Shown: positions 14,601 to 29,100, counted from the first letter of the stretch. The stretch is 64,000 nucleotides of DNA from Saccostrea cucullata (GCF_032062105.1 NW_026927632.1:248001-312000), one strand, 5' to 3'. Numbers and translations: made by a program. Notes: generated by a model not told the origin, from the sequence alone.

Positions 14601-15328
14601 TTAATCTTGGTGTTCCAATTAAGATATTGAAAAAAAAAGAGAGATATGGCAAATATTGATACTTATAAGTGTGTGTTTAAAATGACGGGTAGGGGGGTGT
14701 CTCTTAAGTCCCTTCTTTTACCAAGAAGTATGGGTAATAACTTTGAGTAATTATCTATCATACATACTCAAATGTCTTTTTCAATAAATATTCCTCTGGA
14801 GTGACTGACAGGGGTTAAATAAATCAATCCATATTCTATATTTGTACACTGACCTTTGTTTCGGCACCTCTTGGTCTTTGTGAGGGTGGGCTCACAATCA
14901 GCTGGTCCCGATTTCAGCTGCAGGGTGAGGGTCATAGTACCCTTAATACACTCGGGTCTCCCCGCACTTCTGTCTCTCTTGTACCTACATCTGTCTGCAA
15001 ACACAATGAAAAATTTCATGCTCAATTTTTTTTTTTCCAAACACCATTTTTTGCAAAATTTGATATTTTTTGAAGAGTGGGGGTATTTATTTTTTATTAC
15101 AAATTATATTTATAAATTTAACAGCTTATGTATATTCATGCACATACTTGGTTACAAATGATGATTTTCTGAGAATAACAAATATCTGAATAACATAAAA
15201 TTAAGAAAAATCCTAATGTTACTATATTTACCCTGATCTTTGTTGGCCTTGTTTCTCCTTCGTCGAGCCTCAGTTACAGAGACTGCCACCAGCACGACCA
15301 CTAACAGTACTACAATCTTGGTGTTCAT
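11627..15328 (-). CDS. Pleiotrophin/midkine family (Miple-like) secreted heparin-binding protein, 179 aa, short isoform
   Basis: Exons 15328-15232, 14994-14854, 14565-14425, 11787-11627, all GT-AG and phase 1, 540 nt in total. Translation: MNTKIVVLLVVVLVAVSVTEA (signal peptide) RRRRNKANKDQ-DRCRYKRDRSAGRPECIKGTMTLTLQLKSGPADCEPTLTKTKRCRNK-DCKYDVVSSVCNQETNRMVKTMQLKEGGDETKCEKTITVEKRRCKNK-GDKAAKKAARKERKKLSKAEKKAARKAARAERKGRKHNRREGTTPAMIEEPTA*. Two C(K/R)Y..C..L..G..C..K.C PTN/MK-type domains plus a basic tail. Confidence 0.85.
12103..12468. mobile_element. MITE with internal CAGCATC/AGGATC repeats
   Basis: TIRs TAATTTTGTTACA..CAGCATC / GATGCTGTAACAAAATTA. Confidence 0.5.
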
Positions 15329-18300
15329 CCTGTAAAAGATGGAATCGTTACCATGAAAGGAAGAGGAAAATTAGAAACAGGGGAAAAAAATCAGAGTGCA
15401 TCTCACAAATTACACACAAGGAAAATAAGTAAAATAAATTTTATATTTACTATAAATAAGCAAATTAGATACATTCAAGAAATGGAGAAGGGGTGGGAGG
15501 ATTAAAACATTACCAGGGAGAAATTTATACTGTCAAAAAATGTTTAAATTTTTTTTCTATGAAATTAAAATCTTATTTAATTCCATGTTTTAAAAAAAAA
15601 TCAAGGACATTACTATTTGTGACTTTACAGGGCTAAATACATTTCCAAAAAACCATTGATTTTTCCTTTTTTTTTTTTTTTTTTTTTTGATTTAAAAAAA
15701 AAACATCATGTAGATGCCTTCAGAGGCAAGGACTATAGCAGACAAGTCAAGATGGTAATAGTGTAATTCTGTATAAACAATTATAACCTCTGAATAAGAG
15801 GACAGCAGTTTCAGGTTACCTTTTATTTTCTCTTTATCAAAAATATTTTAAACCATAACAAAGAGCTTTTTTATCACCATATAAACTACTTATACTGTTC
15901 ATATGTTTTATGCTTGATTTCAAAATATGATACTTTGGCAAATGTTTTTAATGATTTTAAACATAAATTTCAACCTCATATTTTTTTATGCTCAGATTTC
16001 CCGACCTATAAATTATTTTTTTAGTTTTACAATAAAGCATTATCTCAAACTTAATCAGGTTTCCTTCACACAATGTTATCCCGCAAATCTCTTTTTAATC
16101 AGATGAGAAAATATGAAAAAGAAAGTTATTTTTAGTGCTAGGATCAAATTACGTTATATATTGAGGAAACTTTATTCAAAATATCAAATATTAACTTAGT
16201 GTTTCAAAATTTTTCTTGTGAGGAAAGTAAATTGGATCAAATTACGTAACATTTGCAAGATTCGACAGGTTGCGGTGAGTCACAGGGCAAGAAATAAATG
16301 GATTATCAAATACAACCTTAAGGTGTGCCTTTGCATGCAGTTTCTTATGCATTATCCTGTTAACATACAAACCCCCATGGAACACAGAAAACCAGTCAGT
16401 ACTGGTTATATTTCTCAAGGGACCACTTAACTACACACTACCACTCCACATAATGAACATTTTGACAGACTTGTCTAGATTTATTGTTATTTAATACAAC
16501 ACGTACTGGAGTTACTTGATTTGAATATATAAACACAGTACCATGCTACTCCATACCCCCCTCTCTCTCCTAGTTTCCAGAGTAAGACCGTGGTCAGTAT
16601 GGTATAAAGGACCCCCCACACTTCATTTAACTCGGTGAATGGAACCCTATTAATTCTTAGCTCAAATATCTGACACTATTGCTAGTCCACCTTACAAGAC
16701 AGGTTAATGTCAATATTTTAACTATGACTTGTATATTCTCAATTTTCTAAATTCTACCTTTTATCCATGAAACACAGGTATCCCTTAATTTATTTTTGAT
16801 ATTAACAGAGCTCCTACATTGTATATTGTTCAATTTTTTTGATTTGTTAATATTACTATTAAAAGAAATTGACTTTATCATTGCAGGTATTTATAATTGA
16901 AGGCATTCACATGTAGATATATATATTCAGAACATACAAAAAAAATATTGGTACTATCTGAAGTACAAAGGCCTTGAAGCATTTGCGGCTCTTCAGTATT
17001 AGTGTTTCAAAGTAGAGAACGGTAAATTAATTACACTCCCATTAGAATCCTAATGAAAAATAATGACATGTTATTGACATATGGTGGTCACTATCTGGTG
17101 ACTTTCATTACAGTCACTAATGTTAAACAAACAAACGTATTACAATGTCAATAAACTAAGGTTATACGATATCTCCTCATTCCAAAAGAGGAGGGAGCAT
17201 TAATATTGATTTCAGACTTTCTGGTCAAAAACAGGACAGATGGTGTATCTTACATATATTGAGAACATTAAAAAAACGTATCTTTTTCTCTGAAAATCCC
17301 AAGGAATTTGTCAATTACCCCCCTACAATGGATTTGACAGAGTGCGATATTGCGACTAACACAGTTTGATGTGTAAGAGCATGGACAATGAACATTGTTA
17401 TCTAGAAATCTTGCGTCAATATTTGTGATGTATGGATCTAGATCGACTCGCAATAAGACTGTGCGTTTTTAACATTTTCTGCCATCAGTAGTCCCATGAG
17501 CTGACAATCTGATGAATTATTCAGGAGATATACCATTCTCTGGTTTGATAGATTCTGGTGTTAGCCATTATAGACATATCTACCATATTTAGCCTAATTG
17601 GACAAAAAAATATTATGGCCAAATCTCCTCAGGGAATGCTCTGCCATGCTTCTATGTAGAGGATTCAATCCTTAATTTATACAACTCACAGAGGTCAGCA
17701 AAAATAAAGGGGGGAATTATAAATGTGAAGATAGAAAATATATGTTCATCAAATTATAAACAAAGGCAAACCTTAATTTCTGAGTATCAAATACATTTGA
17801 GTTGTATTTTCTTAATGAAGTTAACTCAAATTAAAGTAAAACTGATCTATTTTCAACTGAGTTCATTTAACGATCGAGATAAATTTAACTCAAGTAAAAC
17901 TGGTCTGTTTTTAATTAAAGCTGTGTATTTACAAAGATTAACTCAAACCCAACTAGTCTGTAATCTGTACTTGCTTTTTACTATTATTAAGGTCATTAAT
18001 TAATTAACCCAGTTTAAATTCCTTTATTATTTATTGGGTTTGGGTGATTTAATATATTCATCTTCTTTTTGCTTTTAAGCACTTGCAATGAAAGACCATT
18101 AAAACATCATAAAATAGTGAGTCATAGATTTGCAAAATTCTCCCATTTCTGTATCAGGGAATATCTGCATATAACCTAATTAAGGCAGACAAAGAGAGTG
18201 TAGCAATTTTTATAGAATTTGTTTATCACATTTAAATGTTCGTGATTCCTTTGTTTCAATACTGAAACAAAGCAGATATGAACACCCTAGTGTGCTAAAC

Positions 18301-18703
18301 AGATTATTTGAACCATTGCAAATCTAAGTTTTAAGTAGTATGTCTCAAAATCTACTTCTGATTAAGGCCCTACAGTTTCTGCTTGTTTTTTGCATGAATA
18401 CTCTGAAAAATTTCCCATGCCAATTATTGAGTATGAGCGAATAAATCATTACAGTAGTTTTCAAAAACTTCCATTAAAACTCTTCTTTCTCTGAATCTCT
18501 CTCTCTATAGAATTCAGAATTGGCATTAGTTTTGGTCATTTATTATAGTACAAATGAAGGATGCAAAAAAAGCTTCAATTTCTTTTGAGGAAGATGCTGG
18601 ATTTTTTACAACGATCGACAATTGACACTTTAAACTTAATATACATGTCAGTCTTTAAATCACTTCCATGCAAACTCATAGCGTTTAGAAAACAAGTACT
18701 TGC

Positions 18704-18890
18704 CTTAGGTTGCTTTAGGACAGATGTTAAGGCTGGTTGAAGCCGGTTAACGGCTGGTTTTTTCTGGTTTTGAGTGGGTACTTTATTCCTCTGACTATGT
18801 TCTCATTGATAACATGGTCTCATAACTCCCAGTGTTATATAGTCTCACCATAATATTGGCAGGTCATGCTATTAGAGGCAGCCAATCAGA
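18704..18890 (-). promoter_or_regulatory. Probable promoter and non-coding first exon of the Miple-like gene
   Basis: CCAAT boxes at 18882-18886 and 18855-18859, minus-strand TATATAA at 18835-18841, followed by a consensus GC donor AAG|GCAAGT at 18704/18703. The coding start exon has an acceptor (tacag|GATG) just before its ATG, so an upstream exon is required. Confidence 0.5.
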
Positions 18891-21800
18891 TTACAGCTTT
18901 GGCCATAAGCCCTTCCCTCAAGGCAAAAATAAACCATGTCGCATGATTCCTGACTGTTTGAAAACAAAAACAAAATCTTTTAGGGGGGATTAATCTGACA
19001 TACGTCATTGAATATATGAATCAAAAGTTTAACAACATTTGATCTAGTGGCTAGGTCAAGAAGTAGATACAAACAGAAAAGTTTAATATATAAAGTGTCA
19101 GTGCGTATTCATGCAATCTAAGAATAATTAAACCCCCAATTAAAATAAAATAATAAATCTTGCAAACCAAAAATACCATGCAGTTGTTTTCTTCACTACT
19201 TTATAAGTTCATAATTATAATTAATAAAGAGTTATCAATTATTTAAAACAGAAACATAACGCATTTAAAATCAAAGAAAGTAGGTTATAGAATGCTATAA
19301 TTTAATGATCATTCTTTACTACAAAATTTATTGACATATCACTGCAAATTTTACTTACACCTAATTTCTATACAGTTTCTGGGTTTTTTCCATCGAATCA
19401 AATTTTTCCCCTGCATGTAAGAGTTTACTTTAGAGATGCCAGGGCACGTGAACTTCATAAACATGACCTACATAATTAAATTTCTACGTAGTATCATGTT
19501 CTTATTTATCAAATTCAAAATCACGTGCATTTTCTTAATTCTTTAAGTATTTCGTCTCCACTTTGCACATAAGTCATTAAGTGTTTAATCATTAAGAACT
19601 AAGCCAGAACGGATACAAATACTTCATAGTTTAGGACTCCAAAATGGGCAATATTCAGGATAAAGAAAAAAAATTGCATAAGTTCGTTGTTCTCTCATCC
19701 TAAGATTCCTAAATTCCTAGCTAGTTCATGTACATTTAAAGTCCTTTTCGAAAATTATAATTTTTGTCAAACAATTGACTAAAATATACTATGATTTACA
19801 TGTACAGCTAGAAAAAAATTGTACCTCAATTAAAAGATTAAAATCTAATAATATAAAAAAAGAGATGAAAATATTCACTAAATTTCTGTTTAAATTTTTT
19901 CATCACTTCAAGGAGAATGATTATGAGAGATGAAGAGTTTTCAAGCATGTTTTTGAAAATAAATTTAAAGAGTTATTCCCCTTTAAACACAATCTGAACC
20001 AAACTACCTAGCAATATAGTAGCATTCTATAGTAATATTTTAGTATACTTGGTAAAATTAATTTGAGGCTATTAAAAATACAATTTGGATATTTCTTCAA
20101 CCATAAATAAATTCACTGCATGAATTGATTAGTAAAGATGATGTTTTGATTTCAGACTTTCAATACATCTTTTGAGACAACCCTATACTCCTACTAAGTT
20201 TAGTTATAGTTATAACTACTCCTATGTATTAATGTTTATTCCTTAATATAAACAAACAAAAAAATATGTTCACCATGCACATCATCATAGTGGAAGTAAA
20301 AAAGGATGGGCCTTATAGGTCACCTGAGCATTATTCAACAACTTTCCAGTGATTGAATTTGTTTTAGAAATTAACATTTACAAGTTGATATTATTACACT
20401 GTAGCAGTTCCTTAGTTTGGTTACTTAATACCCATCAAGACTGATTCAACAAATGTAATCCTTGATGATCATAACCACACAGGAATCCTCCAGGCTTTGG
20501 TCCACACAAGCCTTGCTTTTCAAAAAAAATGTACATGTATCATTTTGTATATGCCCCCCCCCCCTCTATGCTGATGCTTGAAATACAATCAGATATGTCC
20601 CTTGCTCATAACTATATACCTGTTCATTTGTTAAAACATAGGAACAAAGAGAAAAACATTATTCCACTGTCATACATACATCACTTAATGTAATAAATGT
20701 AATTTGTGACTTAATTATAATAAAAAATTATAACATAAAATGCTCGTCAATTGATCAGATTATAGGAATTACTACTTGACTAATCTATGTACACTGGCCC
20801 AGCTTATATATATGTCTGTCTTAATTGAAATTATGTGGTTATAGTTTTTATTTTTCTTCAAGTACATTTCTTGAATCTTGAAAATTACAATATGAAAGTT
20901 TTCTCTTGCAAATTAAAAGTGATGTGTAATTCTTAAAAGTTGAGTTCTCCATAACATGAACATGTACATTTCTTATATTTAGAATTTTAATTAGCAGTCA
21001 GTCAGTACAGTGTTCACAAGGCTTTGATGGGTTGAACCTGCTGTTACATAGGGGAAAGAGAAAAACAATATTCCACTGTCATACATACATCACTTAATGT
21101 AATAAATGTAATTTGTGATTAAAAATAAAAAATTACAACTAAAATCTTTTGCAAAGTGCACAACACTTGTGAAAAGTTTAGTTTTATTTTTCTTCAAGTA
21201 CATTTCTTAAAAACAAGGGTTAATTTTCCTTCATGTGATGGCAGGCATAAACATGTACATTTCTTATATTTAGAATTTTAATTCCCTCAGTACAGTGTTC
21301 ACAATGGCCTGGTAGCAATGAATTCGATTAAAAATAGATTGCAACTGATCTTTTGCAAAGTGCACAACACTTGTAAGTTGCGAGTCCTTAAAAACAAGGG
21401 CCCCATGTGATGGCAGGCAACTTGGCACAATAATAAAACATAAAAACATCTTACAATTAATCTACTTGACTTTCTTAAACCTGTTATTGCAAAACAACTG
21501 CATCCACCTGGTAAACATGTAATAGAGCAACAGGTCTGTGAAATAAATTATTTTCATGCATAATTTCAAAATCTATTTGGAAAAGATTATGTATACAATC
21601 AGAAATTTAACTTGATCCCCCCCCCCAAAAAAAGTACTAGTTCTGAAAATAAATAGAATCTTGACTGACTTATCAGAAAACTACACAAGAAAAATGATTT
21701 TAAATAACTGTCTCAAATCACTTCTCTTTTCACAAAATGTAATCAATGTCTTAGAATTAAAGGAAATAACTTCTGAAATTCTGTAATTTCATAAGCGAAC

Positions 21801-24369
21801 ATGATCAAGTATGTAGAGATTTAGCTGCAATAATGTAGCCCTCTCCCTTTTTTTGGGGGGGGGAGGGGCTACAACTCCTTAGGATTTCCGTAATGGTGCA
21901 AGTGCGACAGTGATTCACTCCAGCATGGATTTTGGCTTAAATTATCAGTAAATGGCTATTTAATTATTTAATTAACATTTCTTACCTGAACTCCAAAAAT
22001 GAATTAATGCAAAACATAAATCTATCCAAACATACACAGAAAGATCCATATATCGGTTATTTTTCGTGTATGTCAACATCGCAACTTGAATTTATCTGCC
22101 ATGTTTACTGACCTTGATAGATTTTATTTTTGGACAGCCAATGAGAATTTAGGATCTAGTAGGAGCGGATAACGAGAGAATTATGTAATTAATTTATACC
22201 TAGTTTTTGTGTACAGGTTTGGCATGTTTAACATCGAGGTGGCTTCCCTTATTTCAAGCACATATATCGCTGTTTACAAAAAATAACACATGGAACAAAA
22301 GTAACACATGGAATGGTTTTATTTATCGATGTTTAGTGATACTTTTCATTACAATTATTTATAAACACCAAATTTGCTTTATGGAGTTATTCTAAATTTC
22401 AAGCGCAAGTCTCAGTATATCATGTGTGAACTGTCATAGCTGCTCTGAGTAGAGTGACTGATAAACACAACACAGATTTATTTTACACAATTTTTGCATT
22501 TAATGGCTATCTTGTTGAAAGTGAATAATAAAGATTTCGTCTTATCAGATGTTTGTTGATTGTAAAAACAATTTATTTTGCCTGCAGTTACCAGAATTTA
22601 AAAAAATATATTTGCACCATTACAGAGATGCTGTGGCATTGTAGCCCTCTCCAGAAACATCAGATTAAAAAAAATTGGAGAGGGCTTCATTATTACAGCT
22701 AGTAAAGACCTATTTACAGTCTACATTTAATTTATATAAGAATGTAGTTATTGTACATTACCATTATATATGAGATCAAAATCAAATGAAATTCTCTCAA
22801 ATAAAATTCAGAGATTGACTGTTGATAGGGCTATACCTCAGAAACTGCATTGTTTATGCTTCATCCAGAGTGATGGTTCCTTCTTCTCCCAGTAAGGAGT
22901 TGTCTTCTTCTATAAGATCCCGAATGAATATAAAAAACGTTGTTTATGGAAATAATAATTTTATCATGTAATTTTACAATTATTTTTCACACCATTTTCA
23001 AATTTTAGTTAATTTTAATGTTATGTATAATTCTTAACCATTTACTCTGATCTAAAATATTAATTAATTTCTTATTAGACTAAGCACCAAATCTATTATA
23101 AAGTCTTTATTAAGACTTAAGAGATTATATCATAATTTATCAAATTTTATTAAGCAAAAATACTTGTCAGAATATTATTTTCAAATTCAATTTTTTGAAG
23201 GCATGATATATTAATTATTTTATATTGAAATATTTAAAATATATAATTTTTTTTTTATATATATATTTCATTTACAGACAATAAATAACTAGAAATCATT
23301 TGCGTTCTCTAAGAGTTCTCTGGGATTTAAATAGTATTTACATTTTAGTAGTACCCCTATTGACCCTTTTCCTATGACATATTTTGTCCAGGAGTTATTC
23401 CCCTTAGCCACCATATTGTAGGGCAACATTCCCAGATCCCTTCATTATTCAACCAAGTTCAATTTGTTATACTGGTTACTGATCGGGTAAAGCTAATGTG
23501 AATCACAATGTGATGGTAGCTAGGTTCAGTTAAAAACAGGAGGCTTCCTCTTTCAAAAACAGATAAAACTATTTAATGGAAGGTGTTATAATTGCAATTT
23601 CTAACAAAAAATCTCGGCGCTGGCTAGATTTGTTCACATATTACCGTCTTCCTTGTGTATACAGCTGTTAATATCCAGGACACTTTTGACAGTCGACTTT
23701 TTGAGTTTTTCTTTTTTTGGAATTCCACACCCGATCGAAATTTATGAGCCATAGGCAATTTTGAAGCCAGCACATAAATAAGAAACAAATAAATCGTATT
23801 TTACTGATCTTTGGCACCTGATCAAATTCTTTAAATGTAATGTTCATATAGAATGTGATCTGTTTTCTGATGGGAAAATTTCTTAAGTTTTATCAGTTTG
23901 ATTATGTTGATAAACACAGAAAAGGCCACGGTGAAGACAGCGAACCGAAATCAAATTCATAAATACCATAAACAACACAAATCCAGAATATGGAGGGAAA
24001 CAAAGCAAGATGTCCTTGAAATTACACCTGTACAATTTAGGATCAGGTACCTTATAGAAAGCTTAAAGCTAAATAATATGCAAATCATTTTATACTGAAT
24101 TAAAATACCAAATGGTAGACATGACCATTAGGTTTTGTATACTGTTAAAACTAACTATCGAAGATTGCAAAAAAACAAAACAAAAAAGAAGAATATCTAA
24201 TGATTTGAGAAAAAGTGATGTGACCTAATAACGTGTACAGTAAAAATGAGCACCCTGGTGTCAGTGACTGTGAGTCAACGTAAGTTTTGAAAAAAAAACA
24301 AACAAACAAACAAACAAAAACGTGCTTAAACATGTACTTGTCTTCAATGCATCATTGTATGTGTCTTAT

Positions 24370-25956
24370 ACCCCATTCATACGACGAATTTTTGCAAGTG
24401 TGCAAATATACATATGAGTAAATCTACACACGTAAGTAAAAGTTAATTTGCTATGCGTTCAGATGAGATTTTTGTACTGTTAGTAAATCCTCATATATTT
24501 TCATATAAAATGAGATGGACAAAATTGTGAATCTTTATAGAAAAGTGCATTTCCTTACTGTTTGGGTAAAAGACTAACTTTTGAATGTTCCTTAAAGACT
24601 GGGATGGAAATCCGATCCAGTAATTTATTGGTAATGAAATTTTTGTTTAATGTTGGAAAATGTTTTGGCCTCGGTCCTAAAGACTGTAGAAAAGCCATTG
24701 GGTGTAAAGAAAAAGGTGACTGTTGCCGTCTACTGATTGACGTCTTCAGCAGAAATAGGACAATTGGAATCTTTTTGGTGTTGGGAAATCTACAGTATAT
24801 CAAGTGTGTGAGGCCAGTATATGAAATATCCGCTTGAATATGATACATGAAGGATATTGAAATAACGAACAAAAATTCAATATCAAATTCCAAAAAAACA
24901 ATAAAAATAGGAGCACAGCAAACATGGACCCCCAAAACATCAGAGGTGGGATCAGGTATCATGGAGGAATGATTATACCCTACCAACCGGTCACACTCGT
25001 CGTGTGCTCATTGTCATGACCGGGAACTAACGGAAAAAATCCGTCGTCAATTCAGTGTACATGTATATACAATTGACTAAACAAGTAATATGAAAAAGTC
25101 AGTCATGTAATTATGTATTTTCAAGGAGAATGAAAAGGATGAAGACAACTGTAACAGTGACCGATCTCAAAAATCTTTGAACAATACAAATATGTGAATA
25201 GGAAATTAACACGAACCCCTGGACATTCATACTGGGATCAGATACCAAGGAGGATACTTACGATTGCATGTTACTTTCAACAGGTTTATTGAAATTCCTG
25301 TAACATTAACTTATATGTGATATGTGAGTAGCTTGCCTGAATTAAAAACAGAGAAAGGTAGAAGAGCTAAACGGTAATGGGGCCCGAGCAATGGATGGAA
25401 TGTATGTTCCTATCATAGCTTCGGAGCATTCCAAAGGAGACAACTTGTATCGTAAGGACACTGCAGTATACTTATTGATCCTACACGGCACTTATTTCCG
25501 ACCACAGCTATAACTTTTGAGACATAAACATAGGTTTGCCAGAAAGGGTGCTAGATGCCCTCATTTTTGACAAATTCGAAAATTCATCTCGGAGGAAATA
25601 ATGGCTCCTTGTTTAGAGTTTTGCCTTCTATCCACCATGTTTACCAAGTGATATTTTACACGCCAATTCATACACAACCAAAGCAACACTTAAAATGGAG
25701 ATTTTTGCAATAAACATAACAAAATAAATACATAAGTAAATTTGCTGAGTGTTCATACGTCAAAAATTACACACATGAACTAATAATTTGCTACAAAGTG
25801 TGTTCAAAAGTTAATTTGCACCTAGTCCTGACCAGGTGTTAATTTACTCAACTGTGCAGAATCTGCATATGAGTAAATCAGTTCATACGACAAAAATTGC
25901 ACATGGACGTATTTTTATTTATGTGTAAATAAAAATATGCAAATCATGTCGTGTAT
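24370..25956 (+). pseudogene. Degenerate PIF/Harbinger transposon with transposase fragments, interrupted by a retroposon-like repeat at ~24840-25260
   Basis: Frameshifted fragments: GKRL...LKTGME.RS..LFNVGK (24562-24660), MDGMYVPIIA..RK(G)HCSI (25391-25475), DINIGLPERVLDALIF (25521-25570), matching DDE_Tnp_4 motifs (IDG.H.PI..P, NRKG..S, G.PG..HDA..F); subterminal GCATATGAGTAAAT-type repeats at both ends. Confidence 0.55.
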
Positions 25957-26150
25957 TAGATCGTCAGTAATTTAGGTCAAAGCAGTTTGACAACAATAGA
26001 CTGGAAATGCATCTAGTTATGATGAGCGTAATATTTCGAAATACTTGTAAATACATCATTTCAGTTTTTAGTCTCGTTATTTGTATAAATATGATTTGAT
26101 AGACCTATAATAAAGTCATTCGTGATTTGAAGCAGAGTTAGATATTAAGC

Positions 26151-29100
26151 ATGCTGCTATTTCAAACACAACTCGTATTCTGTGTATTGTGCTTTACCCT
26201 GGGCGAGGGAAGAAATATAATTTTAACAGGAGATGATGCCTCTAAAAATATAGAAAACTTTGCATTTGACCTAAAGCTCAGCATTGGAAGTAGCTATAGT
26301 TTTGGTATAGTATTTTTATGTCTGTTTTATGTTGTATTTCATTTAATCCTTTGATAATTTACTTTCTTAATAAAAATTAATCTATATTAATCTTGATTAA
26401 TTTATGATATAATCGTGTTTATTTTCAGTTTCTGTTAATGAACTTTCCAGTTCAACTAAATGTGAGTATAAATTTGAGTTAATAAAAGAATTTAATTAAG
26501 TCTATTTGTTTTTAATTTTCTCATGATATGTAGAAATATCTTTGTGTTCTTTGAATTTTGTTTCTTAAAAAAAAAAGACATGGACAATTTAATGTTAGTT
26601 TAAATTGATGCAGGAAATGAAACATCTACTTTAACGTTAACAATGAATGCATTTTTTCCCTAGTTTCCAACACAGAACCAGTCATAAAATGTAAGTCTTT
26701 TAAAATACATGAATGTTTGTAAAGATTGAGAAAATATTTTTCTCTTCGAATTATTTCTGTCTTTCACAAGAAATACCATAAATTTATATTATCACAAATC
26801 GTTATAAACAAGAATAGATATGGGTTACCCCATATCCAAAGATATTCGACTGTTAGATTTAATATGTTTAACAGTGTTTATAATGACGTTAATAAAAAAA
26901 AACTGCACTGTCTAATTATGGAACTGTTGTAAATATCGTGATTCCATAGCATTACGGGGACCCAGTCTCCTAACAAACAGTACACATAGGCCTACATGTA
27001 CCTGTAGCCTTGGTCTACACACGTGCAATGGAGGTATCACACGCATCCAGCGAGCTCGGAGAAACACGTTTTGTTTTGCCGAGAAGTTACGGTGTCAGAC
27101 AAAACTTTTCTTTTCTTAATTAGATCATATAAATACGAATTCTGATTAATAAAAATTATACAATCCCTGTTGAACTTTATACAGTTTGTTCTAACATTTG
27201 CATCTGCAACAACTTGTGTTTAAAATGGCCGGGCTGGGAAAATCAGGACTGTGATCGGAAAATTCTAAACTGAAAACATGGAAAACCTTTTTTGTTTTGA
27301 AAATAACTGAAATATACTAATATATTTGTCGCAGAAATTACTTACATTATTCAAGTTCTATATATAATGGTATTGAACTTCAACACGTGAAGTCCAGAGA
27401 GAGCTCTCGTTTTGCCACACATACCCTACAGTTTACAAAGTGTACACACGAGCAGGCCAGGGATTGAAAATTCCGTCATTTAATAATACACACACACAGA
27501 ATGATTAATTTTTTCTTTAAGAACAAATTGTATGATAATTAACGGACTATAAACATGTACTTAATACAATTGTTGATATAGTATTATCAATTCATTGGTG
27601 AAAAGATTACGAAGAATGACCTAATTATTCTCTGTTATCAAACACGTAAAAAAAAAAGGCTGAGGAGGGGCGAGCTTTTGTTGGAATATTGATATTTTTT
27701 ATTTACATTTCGGGGGGAAAGTGACTTTCTAATGATATTTTGACGTTATTTTTGATTTCTTTAACGTATGACATACACAACTTTACTCTTATCATCAACA
27801 ATAATGTTGTATCTACTTATCATGATGGAATTATTTTGGTCGGACCAATATGTGTGAGCTGCCGCTGAATACAGTTATATATCTTGCAAAGATAGTATGC
27901 ATTGATCGAATATATAGAAAATATATAAAATATTCTAGTTAAAATAAATGACCTCTTTCTATTTATAGACATACAGGACGGGGATTGGACTCTTGTTTTT
28001 AGAGCCCAGAGTCTGACGGGGATTTCACCCTATGAAATCTACAAATCACAGGGCGTTCGGCACGAAGTCAGGGGTTCATTTCCTGAACACTGCACCGAGC
28101 TGGCTAAAGTACCAGGGTGTTTCACTCCATACAGAACTGGTTTGATCGACGACTGGCAAAAACTAGACGTTCAACAGGTAATTTTGATAAAATCACCAAG
28201 AAATAACAATACAGATCTACTAATACCTGTAATTCAAATTTTATAGCAAATTTAGTCTGTGATTTAAAAAAAAACAACTAATTTTTGATCGTAAGGAATT
28301 ACAGATTTTGATAATATTCCACTTTAGGTTCGATTTTTGGTTATTATCAACAGTGAAGTCCAGAGAGAAATTATTTTTGACGGGAAAAATAGCACCAACA
28401 CCGACTGGTTTTCTAGTCGGCGGATCCTAAATTCATCTTGGACGGATCTCACACCAACTCAAACATACAATCTTTTCTCTCTTCAAGGAATACAAGAGTA
28501 CGTAATTAATGACTCTAGACATAAATGATATCAATAAATATGAAATTACTTGCATAGGCGTTGGAAGGGGGGGGGCTTTTGTTGCAAAGATAGACAATAT
28601 AGGCATTGAAAATTGGTGTTTACCTTTTTTTGTTGGTTTAGCCACCCCACCCCCTCACTTTCAATTAGCCCCCCCCCCCCAACACTTTCAATTTGCTTCC
28701 GACGCATATGACTTGAATGTGATCTAAAGGGATGATTTCTATAAAGATTATGAAATTTATACGAATATAGATCAAGCATAATTTATGACAAATAAAAATA
28801 CAGAACTCGAAAACCATACATACAGACAGTTATACAGCAAACTGGATGAAGTGATAGTACCTGTCAGATTATATGAGTTGCATTTTTTGAAGCGCGATTC
28901 CAGAGTATTTACTTCAAGGGAAAAGTGCGAAAAATCAGTTAAACCACTAAAAATATTGAAGTCCCATTTTAGGGATAGGAATATTGAAAATAGTTTGAAG
29001 AAGGGATTACTGTTGGAATTTGGAACCCACCTTGTTTTGCCAATGAGATGTCCCTACCTTTAGCTATAAAAAGGGAAATTAAAGTTAAGCTTCTTTTAAT

